From Felis catus (taxonomy: Eukaryota), in contig NC_058380.1 of the NCBI RefSeq assembly GCF_018350175.1, positions 91,946,001 through 92,010,000 of the forward strand: 64,000 nt of DNA, written 5' to 3'. The notes below the pieces were generated by a model, which saw nothing but the letters and a program-made list of their open reading frames with translations, was not told the origin of the DNA and did no database searches. Made by a program: the position numbers and the translations under genes. Positions 1 through 11,142 of this stretch are shown piece after piece. Numbering within the stretch: position 1 is the stretch's first letter; each line of letters starts with the position of its first letter.

Positions 1-277
1 CCCGGGCTGGGGGCCGGCGAGGGCCTGGGCCCAGGGCGGGCGGGCAGGGTCCTGACGGGAGCTGGCTCCGTGGGGGTGGTCCCCGGTGGCCTCGGAGCCC
101 CCACCCAGGGCTCTGGGCCGACGGGCCGATCACACAGGGTGGCCGCAGGTCAGTGCGCAGAGAGGCCCGTGTGGAGGCCGGCCGGTCAGCTGGGGCTGGG
201 GCCCTGGGGGCCTGGGCGGTTCCTGCCATGAGGGATCACAGAGAGGACAACTCAAGTTCAGTGTTACCACCTTTTAG

Positions 278-2266
278 GGAGGACAACAGGTGTGTTGAGA
301 AGAAGGTCTTAGCAGAGAAAACGGAGTGTGCGGCCAAGTTCAACATCAACTGTAAGTGTCCCCAAGGGCCGAGTGGGAGTTCCCCGAGGGCCGGGTGCGA
401 GTGGCAAGGCTGGTCACAACTGTCCCTGGGTGGTGGCTGTCCTTGTAGGTGGGGATGAGGTGGGAGAGTGCCGGTCCAGTCCCACTCTCGGGGCTGCCTG
501 GAGTGGCCGGTGGGGTGCTGACCCGTGGGTCTGTCTACGCCCTGAGCCATGAGACTTTCAGGCGTGGTTACCCAGCCCGACCACAGAACCGGGGCAGGGA
601 GAGTTTCCGGCACCACGACTGCGGTCAGTGCGCAGCTGAGCTCCTGGACTCTGCTGGAGTGGAGGGGGGGGGGCGGGTTTAAGGATCTTCTACCGAATTC
701 TCTATCACTAACTGCAACATTTAGAGGCTTTTGTGAATTATAAAAAACCACAAATGGAGAGCTAAGTGCTAAAATTTAAACAAAGGAGGTACAGAAACTT
801 CTTGTGGGTTTTCGGTCGGCAAATTCCATTTTTCTCTCACGCTGAAGATTTGCTCTGGGCCACCCTGACCCTCCTCCTCTCTCTCCTTCTTTCATGCCTC
901 ACCCCCACCTCACCCCTACCTCCGGCCCCTCCCTGCCAAGCTGCCAAGCCTGAGTGCTTGGTCAGCAGCTCTCCTGCTCACAGCCCCGGGCACAGCTCCG
1001 ACCGCTGTGTGCGCGTCTGACTGTTCTGTCCCCGCCACCTGACCCATGACACGCCTGGCCTAGGGGACACACCCGGCTCTGTGCTCCCCACTTTCCACTT
1101 CCTGCTGCCGATGGCCACGCTTGCACGTGGGCAGCACCCTGGGAGCTGCAGGACAAGGAACCACACCCGTAGGGGGCTCCTGCTGGACAGGATTTCGTCT
1201 CCCCTTTGGCTCTTCTCCTCTCCCCAGATCTGGATGAGAATGAGCTCATCGTGCTGGACACCGACTACGAGAACTACCTGTTCTTCTGCCTGGAGAACAC
1301 CGACGCCCCCGGGCAGAACCTCGTGTGCCAGTGCCTGAGTACGTCACTGAGCAGGCCCGGGGTCCCTCTGCGGGGCAGGGGGGGCTGAGGACCCCCGGTG
1401 GGGGCCAAGTCCCCTGACATTGCCTCGGGAATCGGGGATCCAGGATCCAGGCCGAGGGGCTGGGCTTAGTGTTCCTGCCTCGGCCCGAGGATGACTGCTA
1501 AGTAGAAGCTTTGCTTGGGGGTGATGTTCCACAAAAGCACCATTAAACCTGTCACGTTCTGAACGGAACGCAAGCCGGTAAGATCTGGTAGCAGGAGGCT
1601 GAGACGCGGCCGCTTTGCCTGAATGAAGCGCTTTGTGTGCGGTTAGAGACGCATTCTTGGCCAGCACATCAGCCCTGCGGGCGAGCCCCAGCCGCCCGGG
1701 GATGTGGGTCCTGGCCTCGTGTCCCTGCAGGGCCCCCGGCGCCGTCCTGGGAGGGCGGGGCGGGGACCCTGGAGGACAGGGGGGCTGAGCCCCGGAGGCC
1801 ACCCCGGGGGCTGACCTCAGGACGCCAGTGTGTCCTTCCTGCTCTCACTCCCTGGACGGGGCTCCCCGAGGCCGTCAAAGCCCCGCGGCCCAGGGACTGA
1901 CCCACCGCCCCCCACAGCCAGGACCCTGAAGGCCGACAACGAGGTCATGGAGAAATTCGACAGAGCCCTCCAGACTCTGCCCGTGCACGTCCGCCTCTTC
2001 TTTGACCCGACCCAGGTGGCAGGTGACCGCCTCCACACCCCGCGTCCCTGCTCTCACCCTGCGTGCGGCTCACCCGTCGGACAGCCATGAGCCCGGGGCG
2101 CGTCCGTCTCCCACGGTGGCCCCCATTCCCCGGGTCCCCGGGGGAGGGGGTGCAGAGCCCCTGGGGTGGGGTCCCCCTCCCACCCCTCTGGGCCCAGGGC
2201 TGCCCTGGTGACCTGTGACCTCTCCCCCTGGCTCTCTCTCCTCCCGCAGAGCAGTGCCGCATCTAG
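278..2266 (+). CDS. LGB1: Beta-lactoglobulin I (PAEP/LGB family lipocalin), 5'-partial; exons 1-2 lie upstream of the window
   Basis: Coding exons 278-351 (74 bp), 1228-1338 (111), 1918-2022 (105), 2250-2266 (TAG), all with AG/GT and consistent phase. Translation: [104 protein letters not shown] motif and BLG cysteine pattern present. Bases 1-230 match intron 2 of the two downstream paralogues. Paralogue number assigned from the recalled feline BLG-I sequence. Confidence 0.92.
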
Positions 2267-2894
2267 GTAGGTGAGCTCCTGCCCGACCCGCCTCTTGGGG
2301 TAACGTAGCAGCCCTGCCCCTACGTCCTGGGCACGTGCACGGGTGGGGGGCGTCCCAGGGGACCCCCAGCTCCCCTCCGTCGGGCCCTGGCCCCTCTGTG
2401 GGAATGGCTGGAACCCGGCGTCTCTCCTGCTGACCGCGGAGGCCGGGCTGGCAATGCCAGTCAAGTGCCCGGCTCTGTCCTAGAGCCTGTTAGGTCCAGG
2501 CATGTGCCCCACTCTGGGACCTCGTGCTTTCTTTGGGGGTCAGGTTGTTGTTTGAAGGAGGTGGGGGGGTGAACTGGACTGGGAGGGGGTTGGGTCGTGG
2601 CTGGGTGGCATTGAAGGCTGAGAAGTTGCAGGCCTGGTGCCACATTACTAAGGGGGATGTCCTTGGCCCCACCCGGTCCTCTGTCCCCAGCAGCACGCTG
2701 CTCTGCCTTCGTCTGTGTTCGTGACCTCATTGCTCACCTCCCACACAGGAGCAAGCAGACCTTTCGGTCCCCTCCTCCAGAAGGCAGACGTCTCCTTGTC
2801 CTCTCAAAGAGGAAGCCAGAGACCTGGTCCCGTCCCCTTCCTCCTTCCTGGTCCCTGTGCTTGGGGGCCGGGCACCTGCTCTCTGAAGATTCTA

Positions 2895-2900
2895 AATAAA
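2895..2900 (+). terminator. Polyadenylation signal of BLG-I (probable terminal exon ~2749-2920)
   Basis: First AATAAA after the stop codon; preceded by a pyrimidine-rich acceptor ...ccacacag ending at 2748. Confidence 0.65.
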
Positions 2901-4989
2901 GCCGCATGACCTCTGCTCCTCGAAGTGTGTCATTGGGAGTGTGTGGGGACACGGGCTCTGTTGGCACTTCTGGGCAGCATCTGGGGGGGGGCAGGTTTCT
3001 CATCAACAAAACAGGAGAAGCTGATTGTGCAAAACTTGTCAAATATGCGCAAAGTATCAGAATCGATGGGCCAGGAGGAGTCCTTAATCCTTACGGTAGT
3101 TAGGTAAAAGAAGCTAAAATAAATGAATCTACAATCAACTCAAGTTAGAAAGAAAGCATTAAAGTGAGGAAAATAAAGGTGCCTGCGCCCCACGGTGAGG
3201 GCGGGGTGAGGCTGCACCCGTTCAGTTAGCTCACCTGTCAGAAATAGCTGGGGAAAAACCACAAACTCCAGAACAATCAATGACCACAGATCGGGAGAAA
3301 TTTCATTAAAAGAATCATAAGGGATTTGGCTATTTGGTTCTAGCCTAATATACTTGAAACCCCAAATGGATGACTTCCACAGCAAATGCAAGCGTCCAAA
3401 ATAAATCGAAGAAGACCAGAGAAAAAGTAGACAGGTCCCTCCGCCAGGCAGACAGACAGACAGACCGATAGGTGCAGAGCTCCGACCCGCTCCCCCGCCC
3501 GGCCACCAGCATCAGGAGGGGACAGACAGGTGCTTCAGGGACAGAAGGTCAGCAGTGGGCAGCTCCATTACCTCACACGTGACAGAGACTGGCAGAGACA
3601 GCACAGTGACAGAAAGCCCTACCAGGAATAGTGCCCTTGCACGGCACCAAGGGGCTCCTCCCTGCTCTGTGTTCACAGATGGTTAGTTCACCCGTGCAGG
3701 GGGCAGGCACCAGGTACGCCTCCCGATCCACCTGCCCGATGGGTCAGCTGGCCCGGCGTCAGTGCACACAGCCACCCAGGACACCCCACGCCTCAGCACG
3801 AAGCCCCTGAATGGCATAGTCGCCCCTGGGATCTAACAGGGGGGCATCGGGGTGGATTTCATACCCAGAAGACATCTCTGAACAAACTATATGTTCAGAT
3901 AACAGAAGGCGAAGGGGAATGGCTTCTCTGTAGGTGGTGAAGTCTGTTAAAACTCCTTCCTGTAGATTCTCTAAATGGACGTGGGGAGGTTTCTAGCGGC
4001 TGCCGTCACGTGCTAACCTCTGCGTAGGAAAGGACAGCCATGAGCACGTACGCAGGAACTGGTGAGAAGACACTCAGGAAGGAGCACACATCAGTAAGTT
4101 AGTGATCTACCGCGAGGAACGCAGGTGTGCAGGCAACGAATTGGCGGGCGCCGCTTTTCATGCAATTTTAAGTTTCGAACCAGTTCACATCTTAAATATT
4201 TTAAATGTGAGACAAGAATAAAAACCGAAAGGCAGCAAGCCATAAAACGATAAACAAGCAGAAACAAATGAATCTACCTTCTATAAATTGACCATTTCAG
4301 AGAAAAATTCCCAACTTTTTTTTTTTTTTTTTTTTTGCCAGTGACATGTTTTAATGCCATATGGAGATCGATCTGCCATGAGGCGTGGTCAGTTCCAATA
4401 TTAGGAAACATGGACAGTGATGGAGTGAGTAGCCTCATCGAGAAATCTTGGCCAGATGCCACACTCTCTGGTCACCCCACGTTCACTGTGCTGTGTGCCC
4501 ACCCGGGGGTCTCGCCCCTGCGATAGTGCCCCACTTACTCGTACTCAATCTTGTGTGGACTATATTCTAGGGAAAAAGAAATCTTAACATCAGCCTAGTA
4601 GTAACATTTGTGTTGGTGACAATATGGGTGTTCTTATCAGCTGGAATCCAATTTGAAACAGATGGAACTTTAGGTGTGGGTTTGATCGAGGACTCATTTA
4701 GAGCGATCTGGTACCAGGGAAGGAAGGAGGGGGCTGGGGACAGCGGAGCCAACCTCTTGCCACGCACAGTCACGAGGACAAGGGACAGGGAAGGACTCAT
4801 GTTGTCATTGGAATAAATGAAAAGGTCAGTGGAGCAAAGTAGACTGGCGGGAAATTTGTGAAGAAATTTAATGGAAGGTAAGAGAGTGGCATTTCAACTC
4901 GAAGGAGACTTAAGTCTTCTTTAGTGAATGGCACACAGCCAGCTGGAATCTGTGTGGTACGAGCCTCATAATGTGAGTTGGGGAGTCAC

Positions 4990-6720
4990 CCCTCGGCTTG
5001 TGGTTTCTGGAAGAGTTTTGCAAGATTCACGTTACTGCTTTCTTAAATGTTTAGCAGACTTTAACAGTGAAACCAACTGTGGGTTGAGATTTTGATGGTG
5101 GGGGAGATTTTTATCTATAAATTCAATTTCTGCAATAGATCTACGTCAATTCTGGCTATGCATTGCTTCTCTAATAAGCGTTGATACTTTGCATCTTTCC
5201 AGGAATTTATGCAATTGTCCAAGTTATCAAAATTATTTCCATAAAGTTACTCAAAATGCTCCCTTGATATTCTTCTAGAGTCCATAGGATCTGTGCTGGT
5301 GTCACATTCTTCATCCCTAATAGTGATATACACCAGCTATCTGGGTTTTCCTGATTAGTCTGGCTAGAGGTTTATCCATTTTCCTCATCTTTTCAAAGAC
5401 CAAGCCTGATTTGGGTTAATTTTCTATATTGGTTTTCTGTTTTCCATGTCATCGATTTTTGCTATTACTATCATTTCTTTCCTCTTGCTTACACTGGTTT
5501 TGACTTGTTCTCCTAGTTACTTAAGCTACAGACTTAGATTTTTAAATTGAGCATGTTATGTGGTCTAATTCTGGAAGCCGAGCTATCCCAGCCTGAGTGG
5601 CAGGGCCCGGGCTGTGGACGGATTGGTGACTGCAGGGTGGCCCGCCGACAGTGAAGCTTCTTATACTCCCGCTTTTAGGTAATTTGGTCTTAAAAGTACC
5701 TGAGGTGTTGTCTGTTGGGGAATCGTCCTCGACAGGCCCTCTGGGAAAAGAACCATTACGAAAGAAAATAAAGTTCCGCAAGAAATTGTGCGGCCTTATG
5801 TTTAGCCCTTGCCATCTCCCATGGAGACTCCTCTACTTACAGGAAGGATAGGCTCATGCATTTGCCAGCAAAGGCGGCCAACGAAGCAGAGAGCCCCACT
5901 CCGGTAACTAAGGAGTGTTATCTATGGACACAGGTCACTCTGACCCCTAGGCCCGCTTGGCCCCAGGAGGCATTCCAGATGATGATTGAACCTCGTCGGT
6001 TAAAGTACAGAATGGTTCATTGGTTCCTAGGTGCATTGTCTCTCTGAGAATGTGTAAGGTGTGGGTTTCTAAGGCCCTCTTGGCCCCCTTCCTGGCACCT
6101 CGGACCCAGGCGAACGCTTTTGTTCTTCAAAACCACGAACGGTTCAGGGAAACAACTAAGAGGTCGTGTCCCTGTAACTGTTCCACTTGAGGTGTTGAGA
6201 GATAAATGACCTTTCATGGAAACAGCAAAGCAAATACTTTATAAATTATAGATAAACATAGGTACATAATAAAAACAAGAAAAGAAATTAATCAACGAGC
6301 AAAGGGCAGGAGGGAACGTTATGATAAAACAATCATGTTATTCCTTATTGGGTGATTATACAATGGAACAATTTTAGAATTGGGTAATGTTAGAAAAACA
6401 TAGATGACGTACGTTACAAGGAAATCACTAGTATATATAATGCCACATTTACCGCGATAAATTGGCCAGTTCAACACACTGCTGTTGACTGTGTCCGTTT
6501 TTATTTTAGTTTTTTATTTTCCAGTTTTTTATTTTAGTTTTGTTTTATTTTCGCCGACACCGTTCTTCCTTCGGGAACCCCTGGCTGCTGGAGCTGGTCT
6601 CCGGCAGTCTACTAATAAGCATCAATGCCACAAATTCCCTTCAAAGTGCTGCTTGAGCTGTGTCCACATATTGTAATAGATTTCGTTCTCGTTTTTACTT
6701 AATTCAAAATACTTTTCTGT
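4990..6720 (-). mobile_element. Old L1 (L1M-type) ORF2 fragment, interrupted by an LTR
   Basis: AT-rich antisense L1-like sequence 4990-5550 that resumes at ~6607 (aagcatcaatgccacaaattcc...). Recognised by pattern, no repeat search run. Confidence 0.6.
5552..6606 (+). mobile_element. Probable long solo ERV LTR (ERVK-like)
   Basis: ~1.05-kb insert splitting the L1. TATA-like tatatataa near 6433 and a U5-like end ...gctggagctggtctccggCA. The 5' end and TSD are not resolved. Confidence 0.5.
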
Positions 6721-7034
6721 GAAGGAGCAAATCATATCTTTTGTCTATTGAGTTCTTGGTATTTCTCTATTGATTTGTAGGAGCTGCGTATGTATTAAGG
6801 AAATTAGATTTTATTTGTGCTATCAGTTAAAAGAGTTAAACATAATTTTTCTCAGTTTATCATTCCTTTTCTTGCTTGGCTACTGGTGTCATTTTAATGT
6901 GTTTCCTCTATGTGGCTAAACTCACCAGCGTTTCCTTTTGTGGCTTCCGATCGCTGTCACAGGGCTTCGATCATCTTTAGAGAGGCTTTTCATATTCTAA
7001 AGTTGAATTCCTGGATGTTCAATATTTCATCTTT

Positions 7035-7800
7035 TGTGCTCAACATCACTCCTCATCAGGGAAATACAAATCAAAACCACGTTGACATATCACCTCACAC
7101 AGCGTGGCTAAAATGAANNNNNNNNNNNNNNNNNNNNNNNNNNNNNNNNNNNNNNNNNNNNNNNNNNNNNNNNNNNNNNNNNNNNNNNNNNNNNNNNNNN
7201 NNNNNNNNNNNNNNNNNNNNNNNNNNNNNNNNNNNNNNNNNNNNNNNNNNNNNNNNNNNNNNNNNNNNNTAGCACTGCTAGGAATTTACTCAAGGGATAC
7301 AGGAGTGCTGATGCAGAGGGGCACTTGTACCCCAATGTTTATAGCAGCACTCTCAACAATAGCCAAATTATGGAAAGAGCCTAAGTGTCCGTCAACCGAT
7401 GAATGGATAAAGAAATTATGGTTTATATACACAATGCAATACTACGTGGCAATGAGAAAGAATGAAATCTGGCCTTTTGTAACAACGTGGTTGGAACTGG
7501 AAGGTATTATGCTAAGTGAAATAAGTCAGGCAGAGAAAGACAGACACCATGTGTTTTCACCCTTATGTGGATCCCGAGAAACTTAACAGAAGACCATGGG
7601 GGAGGGGAAGGGGGAAAAAAGTTACAGAGAGGGAGAGAGCCCAACCATAAGAGACTCTTAAAAACTGAGAATAAACTGAGGGTTGCTGGGGGGTGGGGGG
7701 GGGAGGGGAAAGTGGGTGATGGGCATTGAGGAGGGTACCTGTTGGGATGAGCACTGGGTGTTGTATGGAAACCAACTTGACAATAAATTTCATATTAAAA
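7035..7800 (+). mobile_element. 5'-truncated young carnivore/felid L1 (ORF2 C-terminus, 3'UTR, polyA)
   Basis: ORF ...GTCTPMFIAALSTIAKLWKEPKCPSTDEWIKKLW...; G-rich 3'UTR; AATAAA plus A-tail; perfect 14-bp TSD AATATTTCATCTTT at 7021-7034 and 7801-7814. Confidence 0.93.
7118..7269. other. Assembly gap (152 N) inside the L1
   Basis: Run of n. Confidence 0.99.
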
Positions 7801-8018
7801 AATATTTCATCTTTCATATTTGCTTTAATTCATGAGTTAGCACCCAAACAGTATTTTCCAACTATCCACCCTGTTCTCCCTAAACCGTCTGTAACTACTG
7901 AGTTCTCCCACATTCGTGATTCTCATGTGTATTTTGGTCTGTTTGGAGGCTTCTCATCCATTCTCCTGGGCTGTCCACGTGCCAGAACCCCAGTGGTTTT
8001 GTTCTGTGTGTTGCCTTT

Positions 8019-8285
8019 TGGAAGCACAGCTGACCCACAACATTACGTTAGGTTCCGGTCAGGTGCACAACATCGTGATTCAGCGTCTCTGCACGTTGTA
8101 CTGTGCTCACCACGAGCGTGGCCACCATCTATCACCATACACACTATGGCAACATCACTATGTCCCCCATGCGTCCCCCATGCTTCACCTATCATCCCCG
8201 TGACTTATCCGTTCCGTAACTGGGAGCCTGTGCCTCCCACTCCCCTTCACGCATTTTGGGCACGGCTGCCTCTCCTCTGGCAGAA
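8019..8285 (-). mobile_element. L1 3'UTR fragment
   Basis: Similar to the antisense L1 3' end at 27965-28608. Confidence 0.6.
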
Positions 8286-8522
8286 AACGCTTTTCTAGAA
8301 AATTGTCTGTTTCATCCAACTTTTCATTTCTTCCGTGAAGTTAAATAAAAATTTCCCTTCTAACGGTTCTTTACTTTTTTCTCCTTTTGTGGTTATTTCC
8401 CATATTTGATGTATTTTTTTCTTTTTCCTTTTTGTCTTGACTAAGGCACCTAATGGCTTCCCCATTTTATTGATATTTTTCAAGAACCACCACTTGACCA
8501 AGTAATGGTTTTTCTATTTTCT

Positions 8523-8647
8523 TTAAGTTTCTTTATTATTTACGTATTATTTTGAGAGAAAGAGAGAGAGGAAGAGAGCGCAAGTGGGGGAGGGGCAGGG
8601 AGAGGGAGAGAGAGAATCCCAAGCAGGCTCTGTGCTATCGGCACAGA
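8523..8647 (-). mobile_element. Can-SINE, partial (3' half)
   Basis: T-tail, (GA)n tract and gaatcccaagcaggctc core. Confidence 0.8.
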
Positions 8648-9689
8648 CACCTCCCCTCCCATTTTCCTATTTGCTAATTCAGTGATTTCTGCTTTTATGT
8701 TTGCAGAAATGTAAATATTATCTTCTTTATCCTTTATTATGGTTATGTTGTTTTCACCCCTAATTTTTGAGTGGTATAGCTAACCAGTTCCTTTTCATTC
8801 TTTTCATTTATGAACATCATCTTTAGGACAATAGATTTTCCCAGATCCCTCAGAATCTGATGTGCTATGTGTTCATTTTTATTTTCTAAATACTCTGTAA
8901 TTTTCTCTTCCACTCAAGAGTTGCCCTACAATCTCTATGTTCTTGCTGTAAAAAGAACCGTTGATAATCCAATTTTGGAGGGGAAAATCGAATTTTGATC
9001 GCCCTAAAACATGAAGGGTCCCCTGGTTTGTCCTCTGGGTACCAAGCGGACTCTGGGTACACTTACTCCTCTGGGTAAGTGGAGAAAGCCTGGGAATGAC
9101 AGGGACCAGTTTAGGACTCTGAGTCCTACTTTGACTCTCTCCTTGTAAATATTTATCAGCACCAGCTGAAAGCCCTAATTACCACTTGCAGCCCTGAGAC
9201 TGAACTGGTGTTCACCTCCTTCCTGCCCTACTCAGTTAATGATCAGACCCGGCTGTCACTCAGGGTTACTGGGAAGTCTCAGAAGGGGCCAAAAATGGAG
9301 CCAGCAAGACACAAAGACCCATTATGAGGAAGTGCCTGAGGACTCTGCAGAACCTGGCAGGTGTTGGGCTCACTCTGGGTTCAGGCGGATGGCCCCGCAC
9401 CGGGTCCAGGAGGGCCCTGCGAGCTGGAAGTGATGTTGGTTCCAGAACCTGCTTCTGGCTGACCTCAACAGCCCTGGACTCTAGGCCAGCCTTGGCCACT
9501 AACTGTGGGTCAGTATAGGTCAGGCACTTGGCACATTAGATCTCGTTCTTGACATCTGCAGAGGAAGCTGGCTGGGAGGTGTCAAGAGTGACAAAGGACA
9601 CGAAAGCACCTTGGAGAGTTGGAGGAATTGTGAGAATGAGAAGCTAAATGTCCTGTCCAATAGGAGTTAAGGAAGCCATTCGTCCATTT

Positions 9690-9822
9690 TTCTACCATCC
9701 GTCTATCCACTTACCATCCAACCATCTATCCACCATCAGTCTATCCATCCACCATCATCCATCCATCCATCCATCCATCCACCATTTATCCATCTACCAT
9801 CCATCCATCTACTTAACATCCA
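9690..9822. repeat. Degenerate (CCAT)n tetranucleotide microsatellite
   Basis: ccatccatccat... run. Confidence 0.9.
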
Positions 9823-10874
9823 TCACTCCTTTTCTCAAACACCATTTAGAGTGCTGTGTGACCTGTTTTGGGAATCTTTGCTGCCTCAACACTACCTCAG
9901 TAGAGCCCCTTGAACAGTCAACCCTGGGATAAATACTGCAGAGGTTTCCTGTGTAGAGTACAGGTAACTTTCAAAATGCAGAAACAATTGTTTCTGCTAC
10001 ACAAATGTGGATTCATTAGTGTTATTGGTGACGTGACAGATATACATATCAAGCGAGGCTGACAGATTCCGCTGGTAAAGAAACAATGAGCCCTTTTTAG
10101 ATTCAGAAACGGTATTACTTACACAGACAGCAAAAGCGAAATCAGAAAGAGTGCCAAGTCCCAGGTCCCTGCCCTTCCCTGCCCACCGCGTCCCCACGTC
10201 CACCTTCCTCTCTGGAGTTGGTCAACTTGCCGGCCTCACACTTGTCCACCTGGGCCCAGGGACCCGAGCCCCCCTCTCTGCCTACCTGAATTCCCACTCC
10301 CATGACAGCCTCCACCCCACCCCCAGACCCGCAGAGGGGGCGAAGGTGAGCTGACTGCCCGTGCTTCAGGGGCACCTAGAACCTGCCTGAGGGGTGGCTT
10401 TGGGAGGGGGCAGGGTCCTCTGGGCACTCTGTGTGCCACTGGCCTGCCCAAACATCTGGGACTGCAGCCTTTGCCCCCAGAATGATGAGCTGTGAGCCCA
10501 GGTGGCCACGCAGGAGCGAGGTGGCTGTGGGGTCCTCATGGAGCACAACAGAGCACGTGGCCATGTCCGGCCCAAGGGCACGCAAGCTCAGAACAACGGT
10601 GTGAACTGGGCATCACACAGGGAGGAGACCAGGAATGTGACAAGGTGGGCCCCTTGTGCTCGACAGTCAGCCACCCACGGGCATGATGTCTACAGACCCA
10701 GGGGCTGGCATAGGGATCTCTGGCCATTGGTGGAGCCCCGGGGCCCACCTTCCAGGACACAGCTGTCCTCAGTGCTGACTCTGACCTGTTGTTGCCCAAG
10801 ATTGAGACCTGGGAAGTGTTCCTGGTGCTGGCGACCAGCCTGGACCCACACCCCAGACCTACTCCTCTGGGGCC

Positions 10875-11078
10875 TACCAGGAACCGTCCAGGCCTCAGGG
10901 ACACAGGGACCTTCCTGTTTGGACTGGAGTGGGGGAGTCAGTGGCACTGGAAGAGGGCCTCAGGCTGTCCTGGAAGATGATGTCCTCGGGACCTTGAGGA
11001 TAAGCCACGGGGCATTCGGGGAACCGCATGGCTGGGGTCCCAGAGGTCCTGACTTGCAGGCCCCCGGCCCCCGTATAA
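10875..11078 (+). promoter_or_regulatory. BLG-II proximal promoter: STAT5/GAS site and TATA box
   Basis: TTCGGGGAA at 11015-11023, imperfect TACCAGGAA at 10875-10883, TATAA at 11074-11078. All three are conserved in the BLG-III promoter. STAT5 control of BLG promoters is established in ruminants. Confidence 0.8.
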
Positions 11079-11142
11079 GGGCCCGAGCCCGCGGCCTGGC
11101 CTTCCTCAGTCCCGGGAGCTCAGCGCCACCCGAGCTGCAGCC

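Noticed and set aside
5542-6217. Short minus-strand ORFs that might be env remnants
   Set aside because: No CxxC, furin site, immunosuppressive or TM motif; they lie within an LTR-like element.
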